From assembly GCA_017646765.1 (NCBI GenBank), contig JAGCMD010000074.1, positions 5,627 through 69,626 on the forward strand: a stretch of 64,000 bases of DNA. Direction: 5' to 3'. The stretch is from Elusimicrobiaceae bacterium. GTDB lineage: Bacteria; Elusimicrobiota; Elusimicrobia; Elusimicrobiales; Elusimicrobiaceae. Below the pieces are notes generated by a model. The model worked only from the letters and a program-made list of their open reading frames with translations. It was not told where the DNA came from and did no database searches. Both the position numbers and the translations under genes were made by a program. The number at the start of each line of letters is the position of its first letter. Within the stretch, counting starts at the first letter, position 1. Below are positions 33,704 through 43,798 of the stretch, piece after piece.

Positions 33704-34297
33704 ATGACCCTACTGGAATTAGCCCAAAAACGTCGTTCCTGTTACGCGTTAGGCAATCATATTGCGCTTACGCCCCAGCAAATTACCGAACTGGTAGAAC
33801 AAGCTGTTAAACAAACACCGAGTGCGTTTAATTCGCAATCTGCGCGCGTGCTAATTTTACTGGACGAACAACACCAACGGTTTTGGTCCCTTATCAAAAC
33901 CGCTTTGCAAAAAATCGTACCGCCGGAAAATTTTGCGCCGACCGAAGAAAAAATAACCGGTTTTTCAAAAGCCGTCGGCACGTTGCTTTTTTATGAAGAT
34001 TGGTCCGCGGTGGAAGCACTCCAACACCGCTTTCCGCTTTATAAAGATTATTTTCCTACGTGGGCCTATCAGGCCAACGGGATGTTGGAGTATTTGATTT
34101 GGTTGGCGCTGGCCGAGCAAAATATCGGTGCGAACTTACAGCATTACAACGGCCTTATAGATGATGAAATCGCGCGTGCTTTTCAAGTACACGGCACGTG
34201 GAAGTTAATAGCACAAATGCCGTTTGGCAACATCATTGCCCCGCCTGCAGAGAAAGATTTCCTGCCGATAGATATGCGCGTGCGTGTCTGCGAATAA
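33704..34297 (+). CDS. Nitroreductase family protein (Frm2/Hbn1-like)
   Basis: KRRSCYAL, TPSAFNSQS, GANLQHYN, LIAQMPFG. Confidence 0.88.
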   Translation: MTLLELAQKRRSCYALGNHIALTPQQITELVEQAVKQTPSAFNSQSARVLILLDEQHQRFWSLIKTALQKIVPPENFAPTEEKITGFSKAVGTLLFYEDWSAVEALQHRFPLYKDYFPTWAYQANGMLEYLIWLALAEQNIGANLQHYNGLIDDEIARAFQVHGTWKLIAQMPFGNIIAPPAEKDFLPIDMRVRVCE

Positions 34298-34371
34298 AAA
34301 TGCTTTTGGCCGTTCTCTCCGGGCGATGCCCGGAATTTTTACGCTTGATAATTAGCACTCAAAAAAGGGGG

Positions 34372-34400
34372 TTGACAAAAATAAAATTATTACTTATAAT
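34372..34400 (+). promoter_or_regulatory. Consensus sigma70 promoter of the hrcA operon
   Basis: Exact TTGACA-N17-TATAAT. Confidence 0.85.
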
Positions 34401-34401
34401 A

Positions 34402-34428
34402 TTAGCAGTGACTAAATGCGAGTGCTAA
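34402..34428. promoter_or_regulatory. CIRCE operator (HrcA site)
   Basis: TTAGCAGTG-N9-GAGTGCTAA, two mismatches in the left arm; extra perfect half-site TTAGCACTC at 34352-34360. Confidence 0.88.
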
Positions 34429-34460
34429 AATAATAGGCGCTCAACACGAAGGTATCCCCT

Positions 34461-35561
34461 ATGAGAATTTTAAAACCGGAAGTAGCTAAATCGCGTAAAG
34501 AAAAAATTTTGCGGTGGGTTGTCCAACAATACGTGGAAACCCGCCGTCCGGTCGGCTCGCAAATGATCGCATCCGAAGCACTCCCCGATGTTTCCAGTGC
34601 CACGATCCGCAACATTATGGCGGAGTTGGAAGAAGAAGGATACCTCTATCAGCCGCATACATCCGGCGGACGTATCCCGACGGATAAAGCGTACCGCTAT
34701 TACGTGGACTATTTGGCAAACGTGCAAAAAATGGCCGCCAAAGAACGCGAACGCATTGAAGAAGCGTATGATTCGCGCGTAAATGAAGTGGATAATATGA
34801 TGGTGCAGACCTCGCGTTTACTGGCTATGTTGTCGGGCGCAGCCGGGTTTGTCTATACCTCTAACGTGCAAGAACAACGCGTGCAACGGCTTGATTTTAT
34901 CCCGCTTGCCCCGGGTGCGGTGCTTGCGGTACTGGTTACCGAATCCGGCACGGTACGGCATTGGCCGGTGCGTACCAATTATGTGGTAAACCCCACGCGT
35001 TTGCGGGTGTTGAGCCGCTTTATCAATGAGGAAATTGAAGGGCTCACGTTGACCCAAGCACGTCGTATTTTGTGGCAACACGTTCACTCGGGCCACCAGG
35101 AAATTGCCGGCATGGCCGACCTCGCCACGCAAGTATTAAAGGATATGGAACGCCCGCAAGCCGACAACGAATTATATGTAGAGGGTTTTGGGCAATTATT
35201 GGAAAACACATCCGAAGATGATTTTGAAGATTTAAAACAAATGATGCGCTTTGTGGAAGAGCGCGAGCGCTTTTCTAACTTGCTGAGTGAGAAAATGACG
35301 GGGATGGAGAAATCCAACCAAAAATTAAATGTTAGCATCGGTAGTGAAAATGAACTCAAAGAACTGAAAAACTTAAGTATCGTTTCTACCGCGTGCAAAG
35401 TGGGGGATAAAACGGTGGGGATGCTCGGTATCATCGGGCCGAAACATATGGAATATACGCGGGTGATGTCTTTAGTAAACTTTATCGGAAGTTTATTAGA
35501 GAGCTCACTGCAAAACTGGACGGCCTTACCGCCCACCGAAAAAGGGGAAGATTATGAGTAA
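34461..35561 (+). CDS. hrcA: Heat-inducible transcription repressor HrcA
   Basis: SSATIRNIMAELEEEGYLYQPHTSGGRIPTDKAYRYYVD; GIIGPKHMEY. Confidence 0.96.
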   Translation: MRILKPEVAKSRKEKILRWVVQQYVETRRPVGSQMIASEALPDVSSATIRNIMAELEEEGYLYQPHTSGGRIPTDKAYRYYVDYLANVQKMAAKERERIEEAYDSRVNEVDNMMVQTSRLLAMLSGAAGFVYTSNVQEQRVQRLDFIPLAPGAVLAVLVTESGTVRHWPVRTNYVVNPTRLRVLSRFINEEIEGLTLTQARRILWQHVHSGHQEIAGMADLATQVLKDMERPQADNELYVEGFGQLLENTSEDDFEDLKQMMRFVEERERFSNLLSEKMTGMEKSNQKLNVSIGSENELKELKNLSIVSTACKVGDKTVGMLGIIGPKHMEYTRVMSLVNFIGSLLESSLQNWTALPPTEKGEDYE

Positions 35562-36117
35562 GCACCATCATAAACATACAGAAGAAACCGACGAAGAATT
35601 GGAACTGTCCGAGCAGGAAATACCGGAAACAACCGAACCGGAAGAAACTCCTGCCCAGGAAACCAAGCCCGATTATTACGAACAATTTGTGCGTCTAAGC
35701 GCGGACTTTGAAAACTTCCGCAAACGCACCGAACGCGAAAAGGCCGCCTTCTTATCATACGGTAAAAAAGAACTGGCCGAAAAGTTGTTGCCGTCTTACG
35801 AAATTTTACTCAAACAAAACGAAGAACTAAATAAAAATGACGCTTTGAAAAAGGCGCCTAATGAGTTAAAAAATGTAGTAAGCGGGATACAACTGCTTTT
35901 AACGGAAATGCAAAAAGCGTTTCGCTCGGAAGGCATTGAAAAAATGGACGTCTTAAATAAACCGTACGATCCCGCCACGCAAGAAGTAGTGGCGATGATT
36001 CCGGCGGACGAAAAACAAGACGGAGTTGTATTACAAGAAGTGCAAATGGGGTTTATGCTAGACGGCAAAGTCTTGCGCCCGGCGCGGGTCATTGTCGGAC
36101 AGCACAACGAAAAATAG
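35554..36117 (+). CDS. grpE: Nucleotide exchange factor GrpE
   Basis: RLSADFENFRKRT, GKVLRPARVIV. Confidence 0.95.
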   Translation: MSKHHHKHTEETDEELELSEQEIPETTEPEETPAQETKPDYYEQFVRLSADFENFRKRTEREKAAFLSYGKKELAEKLLPSYEILLKQNEELNKNDALKKAPNELKNVVSGIQLLLTEMQKAFRSEGIEKMDVLNKPYDPATQEVVAMIPADEKQDGVVLQEVQMGFMLDGKVLRPARVIVGQHNEK

Positions 36118-36167
36118 ATTTTCACGCGGATAAACCCGCAGAAATTTAACTAAAAGGAGATAAACTT

Positions 36168-38045
36168 ATGGCTAAAATTATTGGTATTGACTTAGGAACT
36201 TCCAACACGGCAGCTGCCGTTATGGAAGGCGGCAGAGGGACGATTATTCCGTCTGCAGAAGGTAGCTCTATCGGCGGAAAAGCGTTTCCGTCTTATGTGG
36301 CGTTTACCAAAGACGGTCAACGGCTCGTCGGCGAACCGGCCCGCCGTCAAGCGATTGCCAACCCGGAAGGGACCGTAACCGCGTTCAAACGCAAAATGGG
36401 GGAAAACTATAAATACAACTTGCGCGGACAAGAATTTACGCCGCAACAACTTTCTGCTTTCGTCTTGCAGAAAGTAAAAAAAGATGCCGAAGCGTTTTTA
36501 GGTGAAAAAGTGGAAAAAGCCGTCATCACCGTTCCGGCGTATTTTAACGATAACCAGCGCCAGGCCACCAAAGACGCCGGACGTATTGCGGGCTTGGAAG
36601 TGGTGCGCTTAGTCAACGAGCCGACGGCGGCGGCGTTGGCTTTCGGTATTGATAAAGCCGGTAAAGAACAAAAAATTTTAGTATTTGACCTCGGCGGCGG
36701 AACGTTGGATGTAACCATTATGGAAATGGGCGCGGAAGGTACGTTTGATGTGCTCGCTACTTCCGGAGACACCCAACTGGGCGGTACGGATATGGATAAC
36801 GCCGTTATTGCGTGGATGGTAGATGAATTCCGCAAACAAACCGGTATTGATTTGTCTAAAGACAAACAAGCGGCCCAACGCTTAAAAGACGCGGCGGAAA
36901 AAGCCAAAATTGAACTGTCCTCCACCATGGAAACGGACATCAACTTGCCGTTTATCTCCGCCGGAGCCGACGGCCCGAAACACTTGGAATTAAAACTTTC
37001 CCGCGCCAAACTGGAAAGCTTGGTAGACGATATCGTCAAACGCTGCGGCAAGTCAGTAAACCAAGCGTTGTCTGACGCTAAATTATCCGCCAGCCAAATT
37101 GACCGCATTATTCTCGTCGGCGGTCCGACCCGTATGCCGATTGTGCAAAAATACGTGGAAGACCTCGTCGGCAAAAAGATTGAACGCGGCATTGACCCGA
37201 TGGAGTGCGTGGCAATCGGTGCGGCGGTACAAGCCGGTATTTTAACGGGTGAAGTAAAAGACGTGCTTTTGTTAGACGTTACGCCGCTGTCGCTCGGGTT
37301 GGAAACCTTGGGCGGTGTGTGCACGCGCTTAATTGAACGCAACACCACCATCCCGGTAAAGAAAACGCAAATTTTCTCTACCGCCTCTGACAACCAACCG
37401 GCGGTAACCATTAACGTCTTGCAAGGTGAACGCCCGATGGCTAAAGATAACGTGCCGCTTGGAAAATTTGACTTAGACGGCATCCCGCCGGCTCCGCGCG
37501 GCGTGCCGCAAATTGAAGTGACGTTTGATATTGATGCCAACGGTATTTTAAACGTGTCCGCCAAAGACTTGGGCACCAACAAAGAGCAACACATTACGAT
37601 CAGCTCGCCCAACAAATTAAGCGACACCGAAGTAGAGAAGTTTGTCAAAGACGCCGAAAAATTCGCCGAGGAAGACAAAAAACACAAAGAAGTAATTGAA
37701 GCCAAAAACCAAGGCGACGGTGTTTTGTATCAAACCGAAAAAGCACTGAAAGATTACGGCGACAAAGTCAGCCAAGAAGAACGGGGCAAGATTGACCAAG
37801 CGTTAAATGACTTGCGCGACGCACTCAAAGGCGACGACGTAGCCCGCATCAAATCGGCTACCGACGCGGCTTTGCAAGCCGGCCAAAAGTTGGGCGAAGC
37901 GATGTATAAAGACGCACAAGCCAAACAACAGGCCCAAGGCGCACAAGCCGGAGCCCAACCGGGTGCCGACCAAGCGCAAGCCAACGCTAACGCCAACGGC
38001 GGCAACAAAGAAGATGTCGTTGAAGCCGAAGTGGTAGATAAGTAA
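36168..38045 (+). CDS. dnaK: Chaperone DnaK
   Basis: [35 protein letters not shown]. Confidence 0.98.
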   Translation: MAKIIGIDLGTSNTAAAVMEGGRGTIIPSAEGSSIGGKAFPSYVAFTKDGQRLVGEPARRQAIANPEGTVTAFKRKMGENYKYNLRGQEFTPQQLSAFVLQKVKKDAEAFLGEKVEKAVITVPAYFNDNQRQATKDAGRIAGLEVVRLVNEPTAAALAFGIDKAGKEQKILVFDLGGGTLDVTIMEMGAEGTFDVLATSGDTQLGGTDMDNAVIAWMVDEFRKQTGIDLSKDKQAAQRLKDAAEKAKIELSSTMETDINLPFISAGADGPKHLELKLSRAKLESLVDDIVKRCGKSVNQALSDAKLSASQIDRIILVGGPTRMPIVQKYVEDLVGKKIERGIDPMECVAIGAAVQAGILTGEVKDVLLLDVTPLSLGLETLGGVCTRLIERNTTIPVKKTQIFSTASDNQPAVTINVLQGERPMAKDNVPLGKFDLDGIPPAPRGVPQIEVTFDIDANGILNVSAKDLGTNKEQHITISSPNKLSDTEVEKFVKDAEKFAEEDKKHKEVIEAKNQGDGVLYQTEKALKDYGDKVSQEERGKIDQALNDLRDALKGDDVARIKSATDAALQAGQKLGEAMYKDAQAKQQAQGAQAGAQPGADQAQANANANGGNKEDVVEAEVVDK

Positions 38046-38065
38046 ATCGGTTGAAAAACAGATTA

Positions 38066-38096
38066 AAAACAGGGGGGCCAAACGCTCCCCTGTTTT
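38066..38096 (+). terminator. Terminator-like hairpin after dnaK
   Basis: AAAACAGGGG...CCCCTGTTTT. Confidence 0.6.
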
Positions 38097-38131
38097 GCGT
38101 TTCTTGTTTTTAAATTTACTACAATATCTCT

Positions 38132-38827
38132 ATGCCCCAATATTTTGCGGATATCAAAGAAAAAGAGTTTTTCCTGTTGGATGACGAAGCCCACCACGCC
38201 GCGTGTGTGGCGCGTCATAAAGAGGGCGATACGATTTTGGTTTTTGACGGTACCGGCCGCCAATACGACGCACGTATTGATAAAATCCAAAAAAATTTTG
38301 TGCGCGGTACATTATTAAACGAGCGCGAAGTGCGCCGCGTGCCGCTACAAATTACACTTTGCTTTGTGCCTAATTCCCGCGCGGGGCTGGAAGAAGTATT
38401 AGATAAATGTACACAGTTGGGCGTGAGCGTTTTTCAGCCGATTTTATCTTCGCGCAGCGAGTACGACGTAACTAAAAAATGGGAAGAGAAACAAACCCGC
38501 TGGCGTCAAATTATGCTCGGTGCGTGCAAACAATGTAACACGCCTTTTTTGCCCAAAATTTTGCCGCCGACCCCCTTTGAAAAATCACTTGCTGAAAAAA
38601 CGCCCGCTCTAATTACCTACGAGGCCGAATCCACGCACACCCTTTTTTGGGGTTTTGAGCAAATCGGCTCGCCGCAAAAATTACGCGTATTTGTCGGGCC
38701 GGCGGGCGGGTGGACGCAAGATGAAATTTCACTGGCAGCCACGCATCATATCCCGGCGGTTACGCTCGGTGTAAACATTTTGCGGGCCGAAACGGCGTGT
38801 ATCGCCGCATGTGCCAAACTTTTATGA
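38132..38827 (+). CDS. rsmE: 16S rRNA m3U1498 methyltransferase
   Basis: HHAACVAR, KCTQLGV, ACKQC, FVGPAGG, LGVNILRAETA SPOUT knot. Confidence 0.9.
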   Translation: MPQYFADIKEKEFFLLDDEAHHAACVARHKEGDTILVFDGTGRQYDARIDKIQKNFVRGTLLNEREVRRVPLQITLCFVPNSRAGLEEVLDKCTQLGVSVFQPILSSRSEYDVTKKWEEKQTRWRQIMLGACKQCNTPFLPKILPPTPFEKSLAEKTPALITYEAESTHTLFWGFEQIGSPQKLRVFVGPAGGWTQDEISLAATHHIPAVTLGVNILRAETACIAACAKLL

Positions 38828-40059
38828 CTTCTTTTTTTATTAAAACGTTCGGATGCCGTGTGAACCAAGTGGAAAGCCAAGCCTTATGGGAAGATTTTTT
38901 ACGTCACGGTTTTACGCCCGCCGAAAATTTTGAATCGGCGGATATTTGTTTGTTAAATACGTGCACCGTCACCCACCAGGCCGATAAAGATGTGGAAAAG
39001 TTAATCCGCCAAATTCTGCGCCGCAATCCGTCGGCGCGGCTTGTTTTAACCGGGTGTTACGCCGCCGCACATAAAACGCATATTCAGGGAATTTTTCCGC
39101 AAGCGGAAATTGTAGGAAAATATGAGTTGGGCCGCGTGCTTTTTAACGAAGACGACATTTGTTGGACTGTTTCCGGCCACGAAGGCCACAGCCGCGCTTT
39201 TATTAAAATCCAAGACGGGTGCGACGCGTTTTGTTCGTATTGTATTGTGCCATTTGCCCGCAGTGAAAAACGCTCCAAACCGGTAGCCGACGTATTAAGC
39301 GAAATTCAAAATCTCGTCAAAAACGGCTTTGCCGAAATTGTGCTTACGGGTATCAATATCGGTAATTACAGATGCCCGCAAACAGGCGCCGATTTAGCTG
39401 CTCTTTGCGAGGAAATTGCCAAAAAACCGGGCAATTTTCGCATCCGGTTTTCGTCCATAGAACTTCAAACGGTTACGGACGGAATTATTAACGCCATGAA
39501 AAATTTTCCCGCGCGGTTTTGTAATTATTTCCACTTGCCGCTGCAAGCCGGGTGCGATAGCGTACTAAAGGCTATGAACCGTCACTACGACACGGCAGCA
39601 TATGCCGCGCGCGTGAAAGATTTGCGCGCAAGTGTGCCCGGTATCGGCATTTTTGCTGATGTAATTGCCGGGTTTCCTACCGAAACGGAAAAAGATTTTG
39701 AACAGACCTGTAATTTTATCCGCGCGCAAAAATTAGCCGGACTTCACGTATTTAGTTATTCTCCGCGCCCGGGCACCAAAGCCGCTGAGCTGCCGCAACT
39801 GCCTGCTGCTGAAATCAAACGCCGCGCCGAGATTTTGCGTGCGCTTGATAAAGAACTGCGCGAACATTTTGCCGCGTCGCAGGTTGATACGGAGCAAACC
39901 GTATTTATAGAAGAATATAAAGAAGGCCAAACACGCGGGATAACGTCCAATTTCCAACCCGTTATATTAGAAAATGCTCCGGCTGATTTACACGGTTTAG
40001 TGCGTGTAAAAATTACCCGCGCGCAAGGCGCTGTTGTGTTTGGGGAAGTGTTATTTTAG
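38824..40059 (+). CDS. mtaB: tRNA t6A37 methylthiotransferase MtaB (MiaB family)
   Basis: TFGCRVNQVES, NTCTVT, TGC, radical SAM CDAFCSYC; follows rsmE with ATGA overlap. Confidence 0.88.
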   Translation: MTSFFIKTFGCRVNQVESQALWEDFLRHGFTPAENFESADICLLNTCTVTHQADKDVEKLIRQILRRNPSARLVLTGCYAAAHKTHIQGIFPQAEIVGKYELGRVLFNEDDICWTVSGHEGHSRAFIKIQDGCDAFCSYCIVPFARSEKRSKPVADVLSEIQNLVKNGFAEIVLTGINIGNYRCPQTGADLAALCEEIAKKPGNFRIRFSSIELQTVTDGIINAMKNFPARFCNYFHLPLQAGCDSVLKAMNRHYDTAAYAARVKDLRASVPGIGIFADVIAGFPTETEKDFEQTCNFIRAQKLAGLHVFSYSPRPGTKAAELPQLPAAEIKRRAEILRALDKELREHFAASQVDTEQTVFIEEYKEGQTRGITSNFQPVILENAPADLHGLVRVKITRAQGAVVFGEVLF

Positions 40060-40153
40060 CAGGTTTTTCTAAGACGGAAAAAACGACCCCTTTATTTTTT
40101 TGCTATAATATCTATAGGAATTTTGATTCTTTTTTAGGCAAGAGTTAAACAAA

Positions 40154-41557
40154 ATGGTAGCCAAAAAAAATCTGTGTGTACTTATTCTCGCGGCCGGTAA
40201 AGGCACGCGCATGAAATCTTCCCTTCCCAAACCGCTCCACGCGGTTTGCGGGGCTCCGATTATATCGTATATTTTGAAAGCTGCCCAGGCGCTAGGCCCG
40301 GCGGCTATCGGCGTTGTAGTCGGGCACGAATCGGCCCAAGTAATAGAGGCTGTCAAAGCCGGGCTTGCGTCCTGGGGTGTAACGGCACCGGTCGTATTTA
40401 TAGAACAAAAAGAGCTTACCGGTTCCGGCTCTGCGGTTAAAGCCGCTTTGCCGCTTTTGCAAAAATTTGAACAAGTCCTTATTTTAAACGGCGATACGCC
40501 GCTTTTGTCTGCTCAAACTTTACAACAAATGATGGATGATTTTTCCGCCAAGCGCAGCGCTGCTACGGTACTAAGCGTGAGCGTGCCTAATCCGTACGGA
40601 TACGGGCGTATCGTACGCAATACGCAAGGCGATTTTGAGTCTATTGTAGAAGAAGTAGACGCTGATGCGGAAATAAAAAAAATTACCGAAATCAATAGCG
40701 GTATGTACGTTTTTAATTCCAAGCTGTTGCAAGCGGCCCTTTCCCAACTCTTGCCGCAAGGACCCAAGAACGAATATTATTTGACCGATACCCTTTACTT
40801 TATTAAACAAATGAACGAGCCGGTATGCGTTTTTACCGCGCCCGATTTCACCGAGGCATTGGGCGTCAACAGTAAAGCGCAACTGGCCGAAGCCGACCAA
40901 ATCTTACGTGCTCGCGTGGCGGTGCGCTTAATGGAAGAGGGCGTCACGCTTATTAACCCGCAGGATGTGTATATAGACGACACGGTTAAAATCGGTGCGG
41001 ATACTATTATTTATCCCGGTACGTATATTTTAGGTAAAACGGTGATTGGTAAAAACTGCCACATTGAAGGCGGTGTATATATAAAGGATTCTACGATTGC
41101 CGATAATGTAACGCTTAAAATGGGTACCTATGTTGAAGAGTCCACGATAGAAGAAACCTGCCAACTCGGGCCGTATGCACATTTGCGCCCGCAGTCGGTT
41201 TTGAAAAAGGGCGCCAAAGTAGGCAATTTTTCTGAAGTTAAAAAGTCTGTTATCGGGGAAGGCTCCAAAGTCAATCACCTCAGTTATATTGGGGATACGC
41301 AAATGGGCGCCGGAGTAAATGTGGGCGCCGGAACCATTACCTGTAATTACGACGGTAAAAAGAAACATCAAACTATTATTGAAGACCATGTGTTTGTCGG
41401 GTCTAACGTCAATTTTGTAGCGCCGGTAACGGTGCGGCAATATGCCAAAATCGGTGCAGGGTCTACCATTACAAAAGAGGTGCCGGCAAGATCTCTGGGT
41501 ATCGCCCGCTCGCGCCAGGTTGTATTAGAAAACAAAGGTGTCAAAGAAAATGACTAA
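40154..41557 (+). CDS. glmU: Bifunctional UDP-GlcNAc pyrophosphorylase/acetyltransferase
   Basis: LAAGKGTRMKS, hexapeptide repeats, GNFSEVK, HLSYIGD. Confidence 0.97.
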   Translation: MVAKKNLCVLILAAGKGTRMKSSLPKPLHAVCGAPIISYILKAAQALGPAAIGVVVGHESAQVIEAVKAGLASWGVTAPVVFIEQKELTGSGSAVKAALPLLQKFEQVLILNGDTPLLSAQTLQQMMDDFSAKRSAATVLSVSVPNPYGYGRIVRNTQGDFESIVEEVDADAEIKKITEINSGMYVFNSKLLQAALSQLLPQGPKNEYYLTDTLYFIKQMNEPVCVFTAPDFTEALGVNSKAQLAEADQILRARVAVRLMEEGVTLINPQDVYIDDTVKIGADTIIYPGTYILGKTVIGKNCHIEGGVYIKDSTIADNVTLKMGTYVEESTIEETCQLGPYAHLRPQSVLKKGAKVGNFSEVKKSVIGEGSKVNHLSYIGDTQMGAGVNVGAGTITCNYDGKKKHQTIIEDHVFVGSNVNFVAPVTVRQYAKIGAGSTITKEVPARSLGIARSRQVVLENKGVKEND

Positions 41558-42494
41558 AAGTGTAAACGGTGATTTACGGATATTTTCCGGCAATGCCAAC
41601 ATTGCCTTAGCGCAGAAAATCTGCGAGCACTTAAATATGGACCTGGGTAAGCTGCGCGTAGAGCGTTTTGCCGACGGTGAAATTGATGTGCAAATTTTGG
41701 AAAGCGTCCGCGCGCACGACTGTTATATTATTCAACCGACGTGCCCGCCTGTTAACGAAAACTTGATGGAACTGCTCATTATGATTGACGCGTTCAAACG
41801 CGCCAGTGCGGGTAAAATTACGGCCGTAATCCCGTATTTCGGGTATGCTCGGGCAGACCGCAAGTCTTCTCCGCGTGTGCCGATAACAGCCAAGTTAGCC
41901 AGCAATTTAATTGCCGAGGCCGGTGCCGACCGCATTATGACGGTTGATTTGCACGCCGGGCAAATACAGGGATTTTTTGATATCCCGGTGGATCATTTGC
42001 GGGCGCGAAAAGTGTTTTTAGACTATTTCAAAGATTTTAATCACAAGGATATTGTGGTGATTTCGCCGGATGTGGGCGGCGTGGAACGCGCCCGCAAATT
42101 TGCGGCCCGTATGGATGCGGGGCTTGTTATTATTGATAAACGCCGCCCTAAACCCAACGAAGCGGTCGTTTACAATGTTATCGGCGACGTGAAAGATAAA
42201 GTAGCTATCATTTTTGATGATATCGTGGATACGGCCGGCACGCTGACGACCGTAGCCCAAAAAATCAAAGAACGCGGTGCGCGGGAAATCTATGCGGTGT
42301 GTACGCATGGGCTGCTGTCGCGCAACGCCATGGAACGGATCAATAAGTCCGATATCAAAAAGTTAATCATTTCCGATTCGCTTCCGATACGTGACTTAGG
42401 CCCGAAAGTAGATGTGCTGTCGGTTTCGTATTTACTTGCGGACGCGATTAAACGCAACCACGACGGCCGCTCTATCAGCGATATGTTTAATTAA
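41550..42494 (+). CDS. prs: Ribose-phosphate pyrophosphokinase
   Basis: FADGEI, YFGYARADRK, DLHAGQIQGFF, DDIVDTAGT; alternative GTG start at 41538. Confidence 0.97.
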   Translation: MTKSVNGDLRIFSGNANIALAQKICEHLNMDLGKLRVERFADGEIDVQILESVRAHDCYIIQPTCPPVNENLMELLIMIDAFKRASAGKITAVIPYFGYARADRKSSPRVPITAKLASNLIAEAGADRIMTVDLHAGQIQGFFDIPVDHLRARKVFLDYFKDFNHKDIVVISPDVGGVERARKFAARMDAGLVIIDKRRPKPNEAVVYNVIGDVKDKVAIIFDDIVDTAGTLTTVAQKIKERGAREIYAVCTHGLLSRNAMERINKSDIKKLIISDSLPIRDLGPKVDVLSVSYLLADAIKRNHDGRSISDMFN

Positions 42495-42524
42495 CCCTTT
42501 TTATAAAGGAACTTGGAGGAAAAA

Positions 42525-43214
42525 ATGGAAAAAGTAACAATACAAGCCGCTTCCCGCGAGGGGATTGGCGTTAAAGGGGCTCTTTCGCAGATTCGTGCGG
42601 AGAAAAAAGTCCCGGCCGTCGTTTATGGCGGTCATAAAGACCCTGCCAGCATTACCGTAGCTGTAAAAGATTTGGAAAAAATCATGAAAGCCGGTAAAAA
42701 TACCTTAGTAGAAATGACGTTAAACGGTGAAAAAGAATTGGTGCTCGTTAAAGAAGTACAATTCCACGCAGTAACCGATAACCCGATTCACGCCGATTTC
42801 CAACGCGTCAGCATGAAAGATAAAATGGACGTGGTCGTACCGCTCAAATTGGAAGGTACGCCGGCTGACGTGGCCCAATACGGCGCTATTATTGAACATA
42901 TCTTGCGCGAAATTGAAGTACGCGCGTTGGTCAGTGCTATCCCGCACGAAATTGTGCTTGATATTACGCCTATGACCATCAACAAAGGTCTTTTGGCCGG
43001 GGATATTAAATTGCCCGAAGGCGTAGAGCTCATTACGGACGCGCAAGCGCCGGTCGTGCACTTGGCTATCCCGAAAGACGACACGCCCGCTCCTGCGCCG
43101 GCTGCTGATGCCGCTGCGGCTCAACCGGAAAGCTCGTCCACCAAGGGTAAGAAAGACGAAGAAGGCAACTTGGCTAAAGACAATAAAGACGCCGCCAAGG
43201 ACGCCAAAACATAA
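42525..43214 (+). CDS. rplY: 50S ribosomal protein L25 / Ctc
   Basis: KVPAVVYG, VQFHAV..IHADF; long Ctc-type C-terminal domain; GGAGG RBS. Confidence 0.93.
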   Translation: MEKVTIQAASREGIGVKGALSQIRAEKKVPAVVYGGHKDPASITVAVKDLEKIMKAGKNTLVEMTLNGEKELVLVKEVQFHAVTDNPIHADFQRVSMKDKMDVVVPLKLEGTPADVAQYGAIIEHILREIEVRALVSAIPHEIVLDITPMTINKGLLAGDIKLPEGVELITDAQAPVVHLAIPKDDTPAPAPAADAAAAQPESSSTKGKKDEEGNLAKDNKDAAKDAKT

Positions 43215-43217
43215 TCT

Positions 43218-43778
43218 ATGGCAATTCTCCTGGCGGGGCTGGGGAACCCCGGTAACGAGTATGCGCGTACGCGTCACAACGCCGGATTTCGCGTGGCAGA
43301 TGCGTGCGGGGCAAAGTGGGGTGCCGAGTGGAAACCCTGGCAAAAGCTGGGAGAATATGCCAAAGTTTGTGTGGGCGGAACAGACGTATATCTGTTAAAA
43401 CCGCTTACCTATATGAACGAATCGGGTCGGGCTGTTAGCAGCCTGGCCCGGTTTTATAAAATCGCCCCGCAAAACTGCGTGATTTGTTTTGACGAAGTCG
43501 CGCTGCCGGTTGGGCAGTTGCGCTTGCGCAAAAGCGGTTCTGCCGGCGGTCAAAAAGGCATGAAAAGCGTGATTGAGCAGTTAGGCACACAAGATATTGT
43601 GCGTTTGCGCGTGGGTATCGGCCCCAAGCCCGAAAAAATAGATTTAGTTAATTTTGTACTTGGTAAATTTTCCGCTGCCGACGAGGAAGTTTTAACGCCG
43701 GCTATTGAAAAAGCCGTATCTGCTTTAGAAACTTATCTTTCCCAAGGTTTAGAAAAAGCCATGGGCCAAATCAATTAG
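43218..43778 (+). CDS. pth: Peptidyl-tRNA hydrolase
   Basis: GLGNPG..YARTRHNAGF, KPLTYMNESG, RLRVGIG. Confidence 0.95.
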   Translation: MAILLAGLGNPGNEYARTRHNAGFRVADACGAKWGAEWKPWQKLGEYAKVCVGGTDVYLLKPLTYMNESGRAVSSLARFYKIAPQNCVICFDEVALPVGQLRLRKSGSAGGQKGMKSVIEQLGTQDIVRLRVGIGPKPEKIDLVNFVLGKFSAADEEVLTPAIEKAVSALETYLSQGLEKAMGQIN

Positions 43779-43798
43779 TTTTTTGTTTTTTTACGCTG

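Noticed and set aside
36407-37705. 432 aa antisense ORF in dnaK, and similar long shadow ORFs in gyrB, gyrA, atpD and dnaX
   Set aside because: Well-known consequence of codon bias in conserved genes; no RBS or recognisable domain.
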